Shown here one piece after another: positions 1 to 13,262 of a stretch of DNA of 64,000 nucleotides. Origin of the DNA: Podospora anserina. Its lineage: Eukaryota. Each line of letters begins with the position of its first letter. Position 1 is the first letter of the stretch. The stretch lies in contig CM030332.1 of assembly GCA_017654855.1 (NCBI GenBank), forward strand, positions 5,456,001 through 5,520,000, in the 5' to 3' direction. Both the position numbers and the translations under genes were made by a program. Under the pieces are notes generated by a model. It was not told the origin of the DNA. It saw only the letters and a program-made list of their open reading frames with translations, and made no database searches.

Positions 1-685
1 GGACAGGAGAGATTTGTGGAAAGAGGATAGGCAGCATAAACAGATGGCTTGAGAAAGCCGCAATAAGAGGGTGAACGCCAGGTAATGTCATGTCATGTCT
101 TTTGCCTTCCATGCCTCACGGTCCGTCGCCGTGAGGAAGGTGCTAGCCATGGTGATTTTTACCACTGTGGGAGGGAACACGTCATTTCAAGAAAGGGGAA
201 GTCAAGTAACAGGATGCGGTGCAAGTTTGGCCCTCTAATTTGCTGTGGTCTCCGCTTCATCTTTGAATTGCAACTCGAGAATGATGGTGGCCAGTGGGCA
301 TCATACATACCTAGAGCTGGCAGTGTAGTGAAGGTCAGCGTGAAAATGCCTACCGCAACTCCCACTTAATAAAGGGTGGCAGCTGCAAAACCGGGTCGAT
401 TGACTCGGTCGATGTTCTTGAAGCATATCGTCGAGCTCCTTCCTTTGCTCCCCCTGGGCTGTGAGGTATTGACCCTTCCTGTATCATGCCATCACCCCAC
501 TCCACGGACGCAAAGACAACCAGCTTCAGACCCCTTTGAACTCTTCCTCGTTCAACTCCCGCTCCGCCACATGCCCATCCTTCTCGAGCTCGATAGCAGG
601 GGCAAATATCGACACACAACACATCACGCTTAGCGACCGGTTTATCCACGACAACTGTTTACTGTATAGCTGTATTCCTTCCACC

Positions 686-1637
686 ATGGCTCAATGTGTT
701 TGCAGAGGAGAGGATAGGCGGCCAGGGCCAAACGGGAGATGCGTAGGTTGCAGTGTAAGTGCCCAATACAATGACTCGACTTTGAGGCCGTCGGAGGTCA
801 ACACTGACATGTTCTTGCTGGGATTTAGGAACGAATAAATCCGGCCACACGACCGGCATGGAGCCCGTTACCGCCAGTCCCGCAGCAGCAGCCGTTACCT
901 CCACCAGATCCGCTACAGTGGCCGTTCCTACATCTGCAGCCGTTGGCACCGGACCCGCTACAGTGGCAGCTCCTCCAGCAGCAGCTGGTACCGCAAGTCC
1001 CGCTACAGAGGCAGCTCCTACAGCAGCAGCCATTACCGCCGGACCCGCCACAAGACAAAATAGCCAAGGCCATGGGAAAAGCCAAGGCCTACGAGAAAGC
1101 TGTGGCTGACAAGATCTGCCCATGTTCGCTCCCAGAGATCGAGTGCAAGGTCAAACTACCGCTCCGTTGCACAGGAGTGATAGTCGCACAAGGCCGCACA
1201 AACCAGGTGTGTAGCTATAGGCCATGCATCGATGCAGTATGCTTTCACTCCTTATCAGCGGAAAAACCACGAAGTGACTAATTAGTTTGGTGTAGTGCTG
1301 CCGGCGACGACCGCGGAAACCTAAATTGGCAAGTGCAGAAAAACCTCGTGTACTACATCCTTGCCATTGTTTGGAGGTGATCAAACGTGGTGAGAAATGC
1401 TATGCCGAAGGGAGGTGTGAGCAGACATCCGACCGTAGTGGCTGGTGTTGTTCGGCGTGTGGGCCCAAGAAACCTGGGAGAAATAGCGCGGTAAGATGGG
1501 TTTCATGCATCTCGAGGTGCTTTTTGCATATCTACACACATTTTAACTTCTGAATATAGGACTGTGCTGCCAAAAGGTCGTCTAAAAAGTTGAGCGATCG
1601 TAGACAGATCTGGAGACCAGAAGGATCCGAACAATGA
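686..1637 (+). CDS. Hypothetical Cys-rich protein with central Pro/Gln repeat (4 exons, ~239 aa)
   Basis: Exons 686-754, 829-1206, 1296-1490, 1560-1637 join in frame through phase-0 introns (GTAAGT..CTGAC..TAG; GTGTGT..CTAAT..TAG; GTAAGA..TTAAC..TAG). ATG in CACCATGG context. Unites track ORFs 943..1281 and 1326..1553. Confidence 0.7.
865..1050 (+). repeat. Degenerate 45-bp tandem repeat (~4 units) in coding exon
   Basis: CCGCTACAG at 910, 955 and 1000, CCGCCAC at 1045; encodes 15-aa units like PLQWQLLQQQLVPQV. Confidence 0.8.
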
Positions 1638-2206
1638 AAAGCCTCCAGAAGTAGCGATTATTCTGTAAAGCGATAGTTTTGGGAGTTTACGAACAAGTCG
1701 GGATCATTGGGGCCTGGAAAGGCGCAGGTCCTCCTTGAACTTCGTCTAGTGTTTAGAGATAATAGCAAGAGCGCTTAACCCGCTAGTCATCAGCACATAG
1801 TATCGTTTTGGTGCTGTCACGGTCGTGCACACTGATTACCACCAACATCTCAATCTACCCCTGAGGCAGACCCCACCAAAGTAAACAAAGCAGTGTTCCA
1901 CCACCCCGATCATCGCCTGCATGCATCAGGTGGCAAGGAAAACAGACGATACCATAAGATCAAAGGTCAAAATGTTGGGCAGACGGAAAAAGAAACTACA
2001 TATTTGGTAAATGACTGTCGTGCTATGTGATGTATACACCCTAAAACCCTCCTCAACACACCTCGGTCCCATCAACAACCCCCCTCCTTTCCCCAACTAA
2101 AAGACAATATCCAAAAAAAAAAAAAGACAACACAGAAATGATCAAACAAGAAGTCAACCACCCCCCTTTTCCCCATCTTATTACATACAAACACCCCCAC
2201 CCCGCC

Positions 2207-4166
2207 TTACGCACCACTATCAATCTGCGGCACAACATTAAACCTCGTCCACCAATCCCACGCCTTGCAATTCCGCTCCACATCCCTCGGTATCCTCAGC
2301 CAGTCCACCTTTTTCGGTTCCACCACCAAGTTCGCCAGAAAGCCACCACTCGCGTGCCAGACGATGTGGCAGTGAAACGACCAGATGCCCGGGTTCCCGT
2401 CAAACTGCATGACGAGATGGCCGTTGCCCCGGACGATGTGGACGTCCCTCCTGTGGGGGTTGGAAGGGCGGGTGATGATGCCGTCCCAGTCGCCTGGCCC
2501 TTCGTGCAGGATGTAGGGGTTGTGGCCGTGGAGGTGCATTGGGTGACTTTGGGGAGAAATGTGAGCTACGGGGGAAGGGGGGGAGAGGAGGGAAGGAAGG
2601 ACTTACGGTCCGGCGGAGCGGTTCCGCACAATGATCCGAACTGACGAGTTGCTGTAGTAGTTCACCACGTTCCACTCTCTCGGAAAGGTGAAATTCCCCT
2701 CGTTTGCGACAAGCAGGACAGGTTCATTGTAGTGAGTCCTCATCGAGACGCCGTTGAACTTCCACAGCGTGACGTCGGACGCGTTCTTGAAGAGCTCGAT
2801 TTCCATCGTCTGGGTGTATGTCGGTTTGGGGACGGCCATGGGGTACAGCGGTTCTGTCTTGGCCAGGTCTTCGTTTGTGCAGGAGGGGTCCTCGGGGATG
2901 TTCCACGCTTGGCTGGTGGGCGCCTTGTCTGTGTCTGCCTTGTCGTAATACACCGCTGCTACGGCGTTGGGTTGACGGTTGGGGGAGCAGTTGGTCAGGT
3001 TGGAACGCATCCAGAAAGCCGAGTCAGGTTTGCCGACATTGGCGGTCACGAGGACGTCGGTGCGTTGACCCACGCCGAGGATGACCATGTTGGTTTTGTA
3101 TGGCTTGACAGGGGTGAAATCTTCTGCGATGACGGTGAAGGTGTGGCCGTCGATGGTGAAACGCTGGACGCCATCGCCACCGGTGTTGACCAGGCGGAGA
3201 CGGTGGGTCTTGCCGGTTTGGAACCTGAACTTGGAGATACCAGCGTTGTTGGTGCAGGGCGTCTTGTCCCCCGGGGCAACAGTTGAGCAGTCAAAGTTCA
3301 TCTTGCCATTGATCAGGTTGTTGTCTGACACCACACGAGGGCTGCCGTTGGGTTTGAGCATCTCTTCGACGATGTCATGGTATTCCTTGTGATACCAGTC
3401 TGTAAAAGAACACCACTGTTAGTGATTGTGCTGTGATATTTGACAGATGGAGGCATACCACTCAGAAGAATGGGACCAAGATCAACGTCGTACTTGGCCT
3501 GAGTAGGACCATGAATGACCATCGGTCCAACAATACCACCAGCATATTGAGCAGAGTAATGAGCATGATACCACGTCGAACCGTACAAGCTGGCAAGAAA
3601 TTCGTATCGATAACTGGTTCCGGGCGGGATAGGGCATTGCGAGATACCCGGTGCTCCATCTTCCCATGGGGTTTCTGTTTGCAGGAAGCCGTGCCAGTGA
3701 ATAGCCGTGCCGTCTTCGGGGTTGGTGATGTTGTTCCTCACATTGACAACAATCATGTCACCCCAGTTTGCTTCGATCAAAGGCCCAGGAAAGGCACCAT
3801 TGACAAGAAGAACTTCGCGTTCATAACCATCTGGGGCGATGAGCCCACGGCTGATTGTGAAGTCGTAGTATCTCGTCACGCCCGTGTGTGGGTTTTCGAC
3901 ATAAGGGTTGGTCCCCGAGTCTGTGAGCTTGCCCCATGGATAGCCGTCAGGAAGAGGGTTGTTGGTAAGCATGAAAGGAATCAGTGGGAATAATAACGTC
4001 CCAAGAAGAGAGGCGCTGCAGTTGTCATGTTAGCTTAACCCCTATTGCCCGTTGATTCTCATCCTGCTCACCCATTTGTCCTCTTCTGAGGTAACGCCGG
4101 TTTGGTATTAGAAAGGGCCAGGGCAGCAAAGTTGGTAAGCCCCTTGACTATGCCAATGACACCCAT
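2207..4166 (-). CDS. Laccase / multicopper oxidase (AA1), multi-exon
   Basis: Copper-binding signatures [16 protein letters not shown] and [11 protein letters not shown]-terminal DSGA typical of ascomycete laccases. First exon [19 protein letters not shown] from 4166; introns near 4070-4018, 3455-3400 and 2605-2545. Confidence 0.93.
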
Positions 4167-6817
4167 GACGAGCAACTGAATGGGAGAGGGAGAATGGACA
4201 AAGAGAAGCCCGACCCGGCGACAAAAGAATGACTGGAAAGGAAGTCACACCGCTGCTGAAGACTCGAGAGAAGGTTTCCGCTGTCTGAGAGAGACACTGG
4301 GTACTTAAACTGTCTCGAGGGCGTCTGTGAGCATGGGCCACAGAAAGGCCTTGAACTGTGAGACTTGGTCGTCGTGACGCCAATGGCGTCTCCCCCTGCG
4401 CAGCCACATGTCGTGAAGTTCACACGGCAGAAGAATAGCGCAGCCATTGCCAACCCCGATCAACTCCGGTGTTGCCCTTCTGGTGGCTGCCCTGCTCTCC
4501 CGAACCCCAATCCCTGCTCTGACGGGCGTCGCTGAACCGTCGACGAGGTGTGTTGGACAACGGACCTGAAAGAGGGCAACCAAGACAATGGACCTGGACT
4601 CAGTATTGATATCCCTTCGGGTGAGGGTTACCGCCCAGTCGGTGGTCGCATGCTGTGGTCGGGGAGGAGTGCTTCGGCGATGTAGGGATGATGCCAAGCC
4701 ATAAGGGGCTAGGGGGCTTGAGAGCAATGAGGGAGAGTTGAGAAAACGGGGGTCTCCGCCCCGCTGGGCTGATCGCACCGTCCGATCACCCGCATGCTGC
4801 AACGGGGGGGGGGAGGGGGACGGTGATCCCTTTGGTGGCGCGGGAAGAGCCCATGAGCTGAGTGCCAAGAGGCCTATCGCAGAGCCGCTCGCCTCTGCAA
4901 GGGCTTTGGGCAGGTCCGACCGCCAGGGCGATCATCATTGACAACCTCAGAATGTTTGTGACAGAGCTGCTGTGTCTTGGTGGACGCGACAGATGTGAAC
5001 AGATTCGATGCTGAAAAGGAAGTCAGCATGATCATTCGTATCCGTTTTGGTCCACAGTCGTCCACCTTTCGAGGTCACTCGCTCGGCGAGTTACACACTC
5101 CCCAATCTCCAGGGTTCGAATGCTTCCATGATTACAACAACCACCGTCGCGTAGAATTAACTTCTGGACGAGACCTTGGCTTCAAAACTTTCCGAGCTGG
5201 TTTTTTTTGCAAGTCCGTGCCAAGTTCAGGGTTCGGAAGAATTACCCGAGGGTTCGGCACTGGTGTAGAGTAGGGCGCTGGGATGACGGCATGGATGGCT
5301 GAAGTAGTGAGGAAACAAGCAACTTCGAGATCATGTGGCGGCGAACCAAAGGGCGCTGAGTGTTGCAATGATTGCCTCGTGCGGGCAGAGTTCCTGCTGG
5401 ACGGGACGCTGCAGTGCAGCGTCCTTAAAGCGGAAGGCGTACACACCAAGAACGAAATCAATACACCAAGGCCTTGGAAGCACCACTGCCGCAGAACCAA
5501 GTATATCTTCGGCATGATAAGTGTTTCAGGAACTCCTAGAGAACATGGTAAACATCCGGTGGCTTCCTGGGTGGCTTTCAGGTCGTCTTGACGTCGCCAT
5601 GTCGTTGGAACCACTAGCTGAAGAGGGCTCTTCGTGATGGTGGTTGCATATCTCATTCCATTAGTCCTTGTGAAAGCTTCGGCCGAGCTGTGGCTGCTCA
5701 AAAACTAGGGCTCGGACTTGGGCGGGAGGTCGGACACGGACTGAAGGCCGCTTGTGGTGTCTCAGTCGCAACGTCCCACGGCCACCAGGATACCCTCATC
5801 TCCATCGTGCAGCCAGATGTTCGTCTATGCGTCCATAGATGAATTGTTCGTTTTCCATGCAACACGGGCAGTTGCTTGCCTTGCTGTGCGAGTAGGTTAT
5901 TCAGGCTGGCGTGGAAAGATGGACAGATCGATAGAGACTCCACGCAAGGCGTTGACGACGACCATGACAGGAACCAAGCGATCCTCAAGAAAGGGGGTGC
6001 GTTCAGCTGCTGTCAACCATCGAGCTGCCTTAGTGTCTACAGGTGTCAGTTGCGTCTGCAGGCGGCGGCCTGCTTCGACGTGAAGAGACGACGGACGGCA
6101 GTTGACTGTCTGGGGGAGACGAGCCTATCGATTTTGGAGATCTTCCCTGCAGCAGCTAGCCTATGCTTCCCTCGGTAATTAACAGTCCAGGGATGCAGGT
6201 TAAAATTGTCCGACAAACCAAGATACGGCGGTGCAACACAACAGGTCTCTTCCGTTCCGGGACGAAATCGAGCTTCTGGACTTTGCCCGCCCAACACTCC
6301 AAATCGCTGTTTCACACACTTCGTATTTCCGAGAAGAGAACAAAAGACCACGCGTAGAAAAAGAACAGCACCTCGATGGTGACACCACAAAAGTGCGGTC
6401 AAGTGTAAAGTGCGAAGGGACAGGTTCTCCGGCAGCATTCCTGAACAGTCGAAGAAAGTCAAATGTGTGTAATTCTGCATCCTTGGGTCAGTCAATGCCG
6501 TCACCATCTCCTCACCTCCCAGCGCCGCTGACGAGGAGTTGGCCGAATGGTTGGTCGAGTGCAAAGAATTAATTTGGCCAGTGATAATCCGCAAAGTCTT
6601 GTGGTTCCAGAGATTTTGCTTTGATCCTGGCTAAGTTTGGTAATATTCTCAATATCAGAGTGCTTCCCAGCTGCACAGACATGGTGATGTATAGCACAAT
6701 AGCCCGGGGGTGCCCACCCTCTCCAAAAGCCTTCCCATCTCGCCCCACCGAGCGATCCATATATACAATGTGTCAATGACACGGACTTGGTGTTTTGTTT
6801 CGTTGTTTCTTGTTTCT

Positions 6818-7433
6818 TTAGTTGTCGTTGCTGCGGCGAACGGGTTGCTGATAAGGACGGAATGCGCTGGAGGCCATGATGATTGGGCGTCTTTGCGCGC
6901 GGAGGTAGGCCTCCTGAATGATGGGCGACGAATCCGACCGAATAACACTGCCGATCGACATGAAGAATCTGGGAGGCAAAGATGTGTTAACCACGATAAT
7001 TCTCCAGACAGCAGCAAGACCGCAGCCTACCCGAATGTCGCGCCGGAACCCAGCATGTACTGGCCGAGTGTTCGCATGATGCCGTTTGGCCCTGCGCCAT
7101 ATCTGAAGATGTTGACGGTTCCTAGACTGAATTAGACATCATCTCAAAATGCTCAGTGGCCGAAGCGGCAGCGCATACCAAAGATGAAGCCGATGATGCA
7201 GCCGACCGCTGTGCAATGCGATAGTTAGCGTTCTGAAGAGTGTTATTAAAAACAACTACTCGCCCAAGGCGGGAACTTACTGCCGCCCATCAACATTCCC
7301 ATCTTGACTATTCCATCAAGTTAGCCTATAGCCCAATCCCATGTCCTTGTCGCTGCCCATCTCGGTGAGGGGTTGTTGGCATACACTTGTCGACGTTTGA
7401 CTGTCCAACGCCATGCTGAGGAGGAGGGGGCAT
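6818..7433 (-). CDS. mgr2: Mgr2/Romo1, TIM23-associated mitochondrial inner membrane protein (5 exons)
   Basis: Spliced translation [78 protein letters not shown]...NDN*. Four introns with GTATGC/GTAAGT/GTATGC/GTAGGC donors and branch sites. Absent from the ORF track. Confidence 0.92.
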
Positions 7434-8811
7434 TTTGTGCTACTGGGGTGTTTAATCCGAGTCAACTGGTGGTTTCAAACGAGCTGCTGCTGTGCTAAAA
7501 GTCGAGACAGAAAACGGTCAAGGTGCAGCGCAAGCACTGGTGGTCAGATGCGATATCGACAGTTGGATGTTGCCGTGGGCAAAATGTGGGTGCACGGACG
7601 GGGATTGATGCTACTTCAGCCTTGCCGATGGAAAGCGGTCAGTTCTAGGCAAGTTGCAAAGTTACAATTATGACGGATTTCCCCGCTGATAGCTAACGTG
7701 GATAAATATTGATTAATCTGGGGGTAGCAGTGACGCTAGATGCTCCCTGCCATGTTATGTCATTGAACACATCGGAGAGCTTGATGATGGCATCTACAGA
7801 TGTTTCATCATCAGGATATTGTTCTAGAAGGGTAAAGGAACGCAAATAACGTGATGGGCACAAAGCAAACGAGGAGCAGTCTTTATGTTCTCTCTCAAAC
7901 TTCGAGGCGGCTTGAGGCGGGGGGAAACGGCATCAGACGCTCGGACCATTTTCAACTCTTCTGTTGTTGCAGACAGTGGCTTGTTGTTGAGATGCCCCCT
8001 TCCAAGCCAGTTCTCACGTGACATAGTAGTTCGTTCATGAGGGGCAGTCATGGTCACAAGTCCAAACTGCTATTAGCCCAAGTCAAGTCAGTTGGGATGA
8101 CTGAGGGTCTGGAGAGGGAATCCAACAAGCTGTCAGCTGAAGCGTGTATAGGTATTAATAAATTAAGACGGACGGTACTGAGCAAATGCCCATCAAAGCA
8201 GTCAAAGACGACTCCAGACAGAAAAGCCAAAGGTGGCTTGAAAAACAGGGGACGCGTGCGCGCAGACCACCCTGCGGCCCGCATTCTGCTCGCTAAGCGC
8301 CTCTCGAGGGCCAACGCCCAGGCCAGGAGAGACCTTGCCTCAAATTCTCAAGGTTGTCAACCTCACCTCCTGGCGCAGTCGCATTCCGAAATCGTGCTTG
8401 CCACCCCGAACCCACTGCGAAAACCGGCATCGCTGCCAGCCTCGTTTCCCGTCTCTCTGCCCGTCTTTTGAATACGCTTTTCCACCGACTTACCGGGTGT
8501 GCGCGTCGGCTCTCGGCGCGATCCCATCTCCCGTCCCCAGACCCCCGACCGGGCCAGCACTTGCGCTTCGACGTCAGTGCTAATCTCGACAACTCCACAC
8601 AACAAGGGCGGTTGCGACGACACCTCGCACCCTTTAGAGTGGGTCCGCTGCCAGAGATCAATCGCTCCTTCTTGTCGTCAACTCTGCTGAAGGCCGAAAG
8701 GGGCTTCTCATTCCAACTCGCCGGGGAGCTCGCCCGCGACAGCTCGCTGTCCTCCCCTCCCCCCCTCGTCGTTACCCGCCAACCGCCCCGACCATCGCCC
8801 ACGCCGTCCTC

Positions 8812-11189
8812 ATGACGGCTGTTGCGAGTCCCCCTAGCTTTCCAAACCTCAACCGACCGGGATGGATGAATGGAGGCCAGCTTCTTAACACGATCAATTC
8901 GGAAGATGCCAGAGGAGTGAACATGCCCATGCCTCGCAAAACTCTGCCGCGGTCAAACTCGTCGTCGTCGGTCTCGTCGACATCTTCCAACGGGTCGACA
9001 TCCACCGTGACTTCCAATGCCAGTTCTCAAATGAACGGCGGTTCTGTGTCTTCCGCTGGCGACACGGGTGCGTGGCCAAACGGTGCACCACGCAAGAGGC
9101 CCCAGCAAAAGGGCCCATGGCCAAATCCCAAAACCGAAGGAACAAACGAATTTGCCAGAACATCATCGGTTCGACCACCCATGGCGAACGGGGTCAACGG
9201 TGCATCATCACTACAGCCACCACAATCGATACTAGCAACACCACAGAATCAACTGATGGCTCCCAATGGACTCCCACGAGGCCCTGATGGTGCCGCTTCA
9301 GGCCGGCAACCTGTCCTTTACTTGCTTTCTCTCAACGGCAGCTTCGAACGCAAGACCATCTCGGTTCCCTATTACCCCGACACCCTGCGTATTGGACGGC
9401 AAACAAATAACAAGACGGTCCCAACACCTGTCAACGGATTCTTTGACAGCAAAGTGCTATCCCGACAACATGCCGAGATTTGGGCCGACCCCAGCGGCAA
9501 GATTTTTATTCGGGATGTCAAGTCCTCCAACGGTACATTTGTCAACGGGAGCCGGCTGTCGCCTGAAAATAGAGAATCCGAGCCGCACGAACTGCAAACA
9601 GCTGACCACCTTGAACTTGGTATTGACATTGTTAGCGAGGATCAAAAGACCGTCGTTCATCATAAAGTCGCCGCCAAGGTCGAGCATGCCGGATTCATAT
9701 CGCCGGCCAATAATGTGATGGAAATGAGCTTTGGAGACCTGGACCCTTCCAACAATCCAATGATGCAGCTCAGTGGTGTTCCATTCCGAGGCCGACCAAC
9801 AAATCAGTCAGCAATGGCAGGGAGTCGCGTATCTCCGAGTAACGCTGGAGTTGCAGGAAACCTAGCTCAACAGCGTCCATACCATTGGCAGAGTATCACC
9901 ACAGAACACATAATCAAGAGGCTCCAGGCATGTTTGTTCCCGAGTTTGAGGGAAAGCTAATCATCGCTAACTTTTACTTGCAGACCGAGATTCGGAATGC
10001 GAGACAGCAACAAGCTGATATTGCTAGAACAGGCCAATTCCTCAACGCTCTGCTATCCAAGGACGATGTCAAGAACTTGGACAAACCTGAAGCGCCAGAA
10101 GCCCCCAAGAGTTTTGTCAACGGAAATGTCTCTTTCCGATCCGATGGCGGGAAAACGAGGTTTTCCGACCCGCCAGCGCCTCCCCCGTCACAACCACTTC
10201 CAGAGAAACCAGATGCCGCTCGCCCTGGATCTTCCGATGTTGCGTCGCTGAAGCGAGGCCCAACAGAGAAGCCCAAACTCGCAAACATCTCACCCATTCT
10301 TCCTGATAACACCAATAGCCTCCGCATTTCGCAACTCACAGAACAGCTCAATAACGCCCAGAAGGCTCTTGACGAAACCAGCCAAAAAGCACGGGATTTG
10401 GAAGAAGAGTTGAACAGGGAGCGCGAGGCACGGTTACTGGTCGAGGGTCAGATGCAGAAGATGAACGAGGAGAGTACGCATGTGAAGGTCAATGGCTCTG
10501 CGGGCATTCCTCTTGTCAATGGTCATTCTGAACTCGACAAGGCCTTCAACCCCCCAGCGGAAACCCAAACACCAGCCGAAGTTGACCCGGTGACCGTCAC
10601 CCCTGAACCAGGAAGTTACTCGCCGGTGGTCGATAAGACCGCGGCTATGGTAGCAGCATACCAGGCTCAAATCGATACGATGGCCCAGGAAATGGCCAAA
10701 ATGAAGGAGCACATGGAGAGCTACCGCGCTCGGGCTGAGAAGGCCGAGGCTGATAGAGACGCTGGCAGCAAAACATTGGCAGAACTGGTCCTCCAGATTC
10801 GCCAACGCGACGAGGAGGATAAGAAGCGGGCAGCGGAGAAGCAGTCACGGTCACGGTCTAGGGAGGCCAGACGACGTGGCCGGAGCCAAAGCCCAAGGGC
10901 CGAGGAAAAGCTGGAGCACACTACCAACGGTAGCGCGACCAAACCCCACGCGCAGATCGACGGTGCGGCATCCGAAGCGGACGACGCTGAGGATATCTCG
11001 CCTGTATCGAGATCAGTCACAGTGAAGCCCAACTCGGTGGGCGCGTTGGCGGTGCAGGGTGATGGGCAGCGTCCTCTGGCGATAATACAAATACTACCGT
11101 ACGCGACCGCGTTTGGGGTTGTGCTCTTTGGCATGGGGCTTATGGGGTACATCAACGATTGGCAGCTGCAACCGCACCCAAACCGGTAG
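8812..11189 (+). CDS. pro45: FHA-domain, coiled-coil, tail-anchored STRIPAK subunit (SLMAP/PRO45/HAM-4/Far9-10 homolog)
   Basis: FHA motifs LRIGRQ, FDSKVLSRQHAEI and DVKSSNGTFVNG; coiled coils; C-terminal TM (ILPYATAFGVVLFGMGLMGYIN). One intron 9928-9983 (GC-AG) joins the two track ORFs in phase 0. Confidence 0.88.
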
Positions 11190-13170
11190 ATCAGGTTTGG
11201 GAGATGGCGGCGGCGCTGAGTCACACGACAAACAGTTTACAAACCAACTTGACGACCACCACCCAAGGACAACCAAAAAAGAAATGATGATTATGAGCAA
11301 GAAAAGACAAATTTACAACCACAAGAACAACTTTTAATCGCCTCTCGCCCACCACGCCCTACGTACCTATTTTCTGAGCTTTTTTTGGGGGGAAGATGAC
11401 GACGGAACGGAACTGGACTTCTTGAACCTTGGGTTTTCCTTTGTCACACAACAACATTTTTTGGAACGTATAAACTGGTACTCTTCGGCTTTTTTATGTT
11501 TTTTTTTTTAACGTAGCGTTTACACCGACACAAACACGCACTCTCAACAGCGGGTTCGCAGCCAATCAACTTCTCTTTTTTCTCTCTGTTATAACTGCTT
11601 TTTTCTTGTTCTCCAATGAAAATCATTTTTATTCTGTACATGTAACAACCTTTGAATTCTAGGCGTCTCGATTTTCTCGGCTTGTTGCAAATCTATGTTT
11701 GGTGCTTCTCTTGGGGTGTTGTTGAATTTTGGGGATGGGTTGGGATTGTACGGAGGGATGTATGAGGGAGTTGGTTGCTTGTTGGGCACTTGAAATTTGG
11801 AGCTTTTTACTTGTTGAGCTTGTGTGGTTTGTATTTGGATGTGTAGCGGGGGAAAGGGATAATGAAGGGTTATACTAGGACATGATGATTGGTTTGGGTT
11901 GGGTAGGGGTCTTTAACAAGAAAGGAATGGAATGGATGGTGTTATTCTCTGGAAGCTGTGTGTGATGCGTGTAAACGTACGGTTTGCGTATGGTATGTGA
12001 TTATGAGTATGTGTAACTTACCTACCTTGCTGCTGGCGCTTGGCTGAGGGGGCAGTAGGATAAGGGGAATGGGAGCGATGAATCATCTTTGAAAGGTTGT
12101 GTCTGTCTGTCTTGATGTTTTGGTGATAAGTGACCATGTCAAGCGGCCTTGCCTCTGAGGGAATGGGACGGGGGCAACTCACCATAACTGCAATTACTCG
12201 TAACTATCCATCCGTAGGCGAATCGCTATAAACTGCAAACTTTTCTAAGGCGGCGGGAAAACATCTTTGTTGTTGTGCAAATTGAAACAACAGCCATCAA
12301 ACCCCCTCAAACGGGGTGTCAGATTTTTTTAAGTAAACGAGATTAACCATAGCACGCTGTGGCAATGATCCAACAAATCCTGTTGCAAGCTGAGCTTACT
12401 TGGACCCCCCAACTGGCCAATCTTGGGGTGTGTGTGCGTGGCGTGTCGGTCAAGGTTGCTGTGCAGTTTGAGAGTTTCGGCAAAGGCTCGGACCACTTGA
12501 CCATGAGAAACGTGGGGGACTTGGCGCGCTGGTTAATAAGTTTTTTGTTTTGGGTTAGATATGGCCGTTGTATTTAGCTTTAGACCTCATTGACCATGAG
12601 GCTGAGTTTATAGGTATGTTGGGTTGTTTTTTGGGAAAGGCTACCAATCTACGTATCTTGGCCGCAGACACACGAGTTTACGCGCATAATCTCGGTGCAT
12701 ATCGCAAGATGCCAACTTGTGTAGTAGCTCTTTCAAAGACATTCATTCTGAAGTAAGTAGATTGGCGAATGGTTTCGTCAGATATTCATTGTGGTATATC
12801 AACCGCGTAATAGTCTCACAACATCTCCGTTGTGCTTTTTTTCTCTCTTAATTTATTGTACACAGCTTGTTGAAGATGAGTGGTAAATCATCGCAGTTTC
12901 TGAGAAATATCAAGGCCAAGGAAACTGGTTTTGCGGCATATGTGGGGGACGGCTGCCCTTTAGATTTGATGATGGGGTTCAGGTTTGGTGGCTCTGATAT
13001 GTTGGCTTGTAAATATGCTTGTGCCCATTCACAACCCAAAAAGAAACGGCTGGGGAAAAAAAAGAAGGCATGTGTGATCTCGCGGTCGGCTCAGAGGAGA
13101 TGGTACTTACATATCCCCGTCACCGATCTCATCCACGTGTTGTCGTCACGCTCTAGCCCCGGCTGAGGAG

Positions 13171-13262
13171 CAGGGTGGGCAATAAGCCAAGTAATTACTT
13201 ACTTGACATGCAAGCCAAGTCAGACCCTAAGCTTGACTTAACTTGGCTTATTGCCTACCCTG
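13171..13262. mobile_element. 92-bp MITE, hAT-like
   Basis: TIRs CAGGGTGGGCAATAAGCCAAGT / ACTTGGCTTATTGCCTACCCTG (21/22 match). Flanking 8-mers CTGAGGAG (13163-13170) and CCGAGGAG (13263-13270). Confidence 0.85.

Noticed and set aside
825-1085. Metallothionein-looking Cys/Gly ORF on the minus strand
   Set aside because: Antisense shadow of the CAG/CCG-rich repeat in the spliced plus-strand gene, which has consistent splice signals.
858-1109. Ala/Thr/Pro-rich 83-aa ORF
   Set aside because: Alternative frame of the same repeat; splice phases support the Pro/Gln frame.
4300-6780. Several 100-190 aa ORFs upstream of the laccase
   Set aside because: No recognisable motifs, codon bias or coherent exon chain; treated as intergenic, though a weak gene cannot be excluded.
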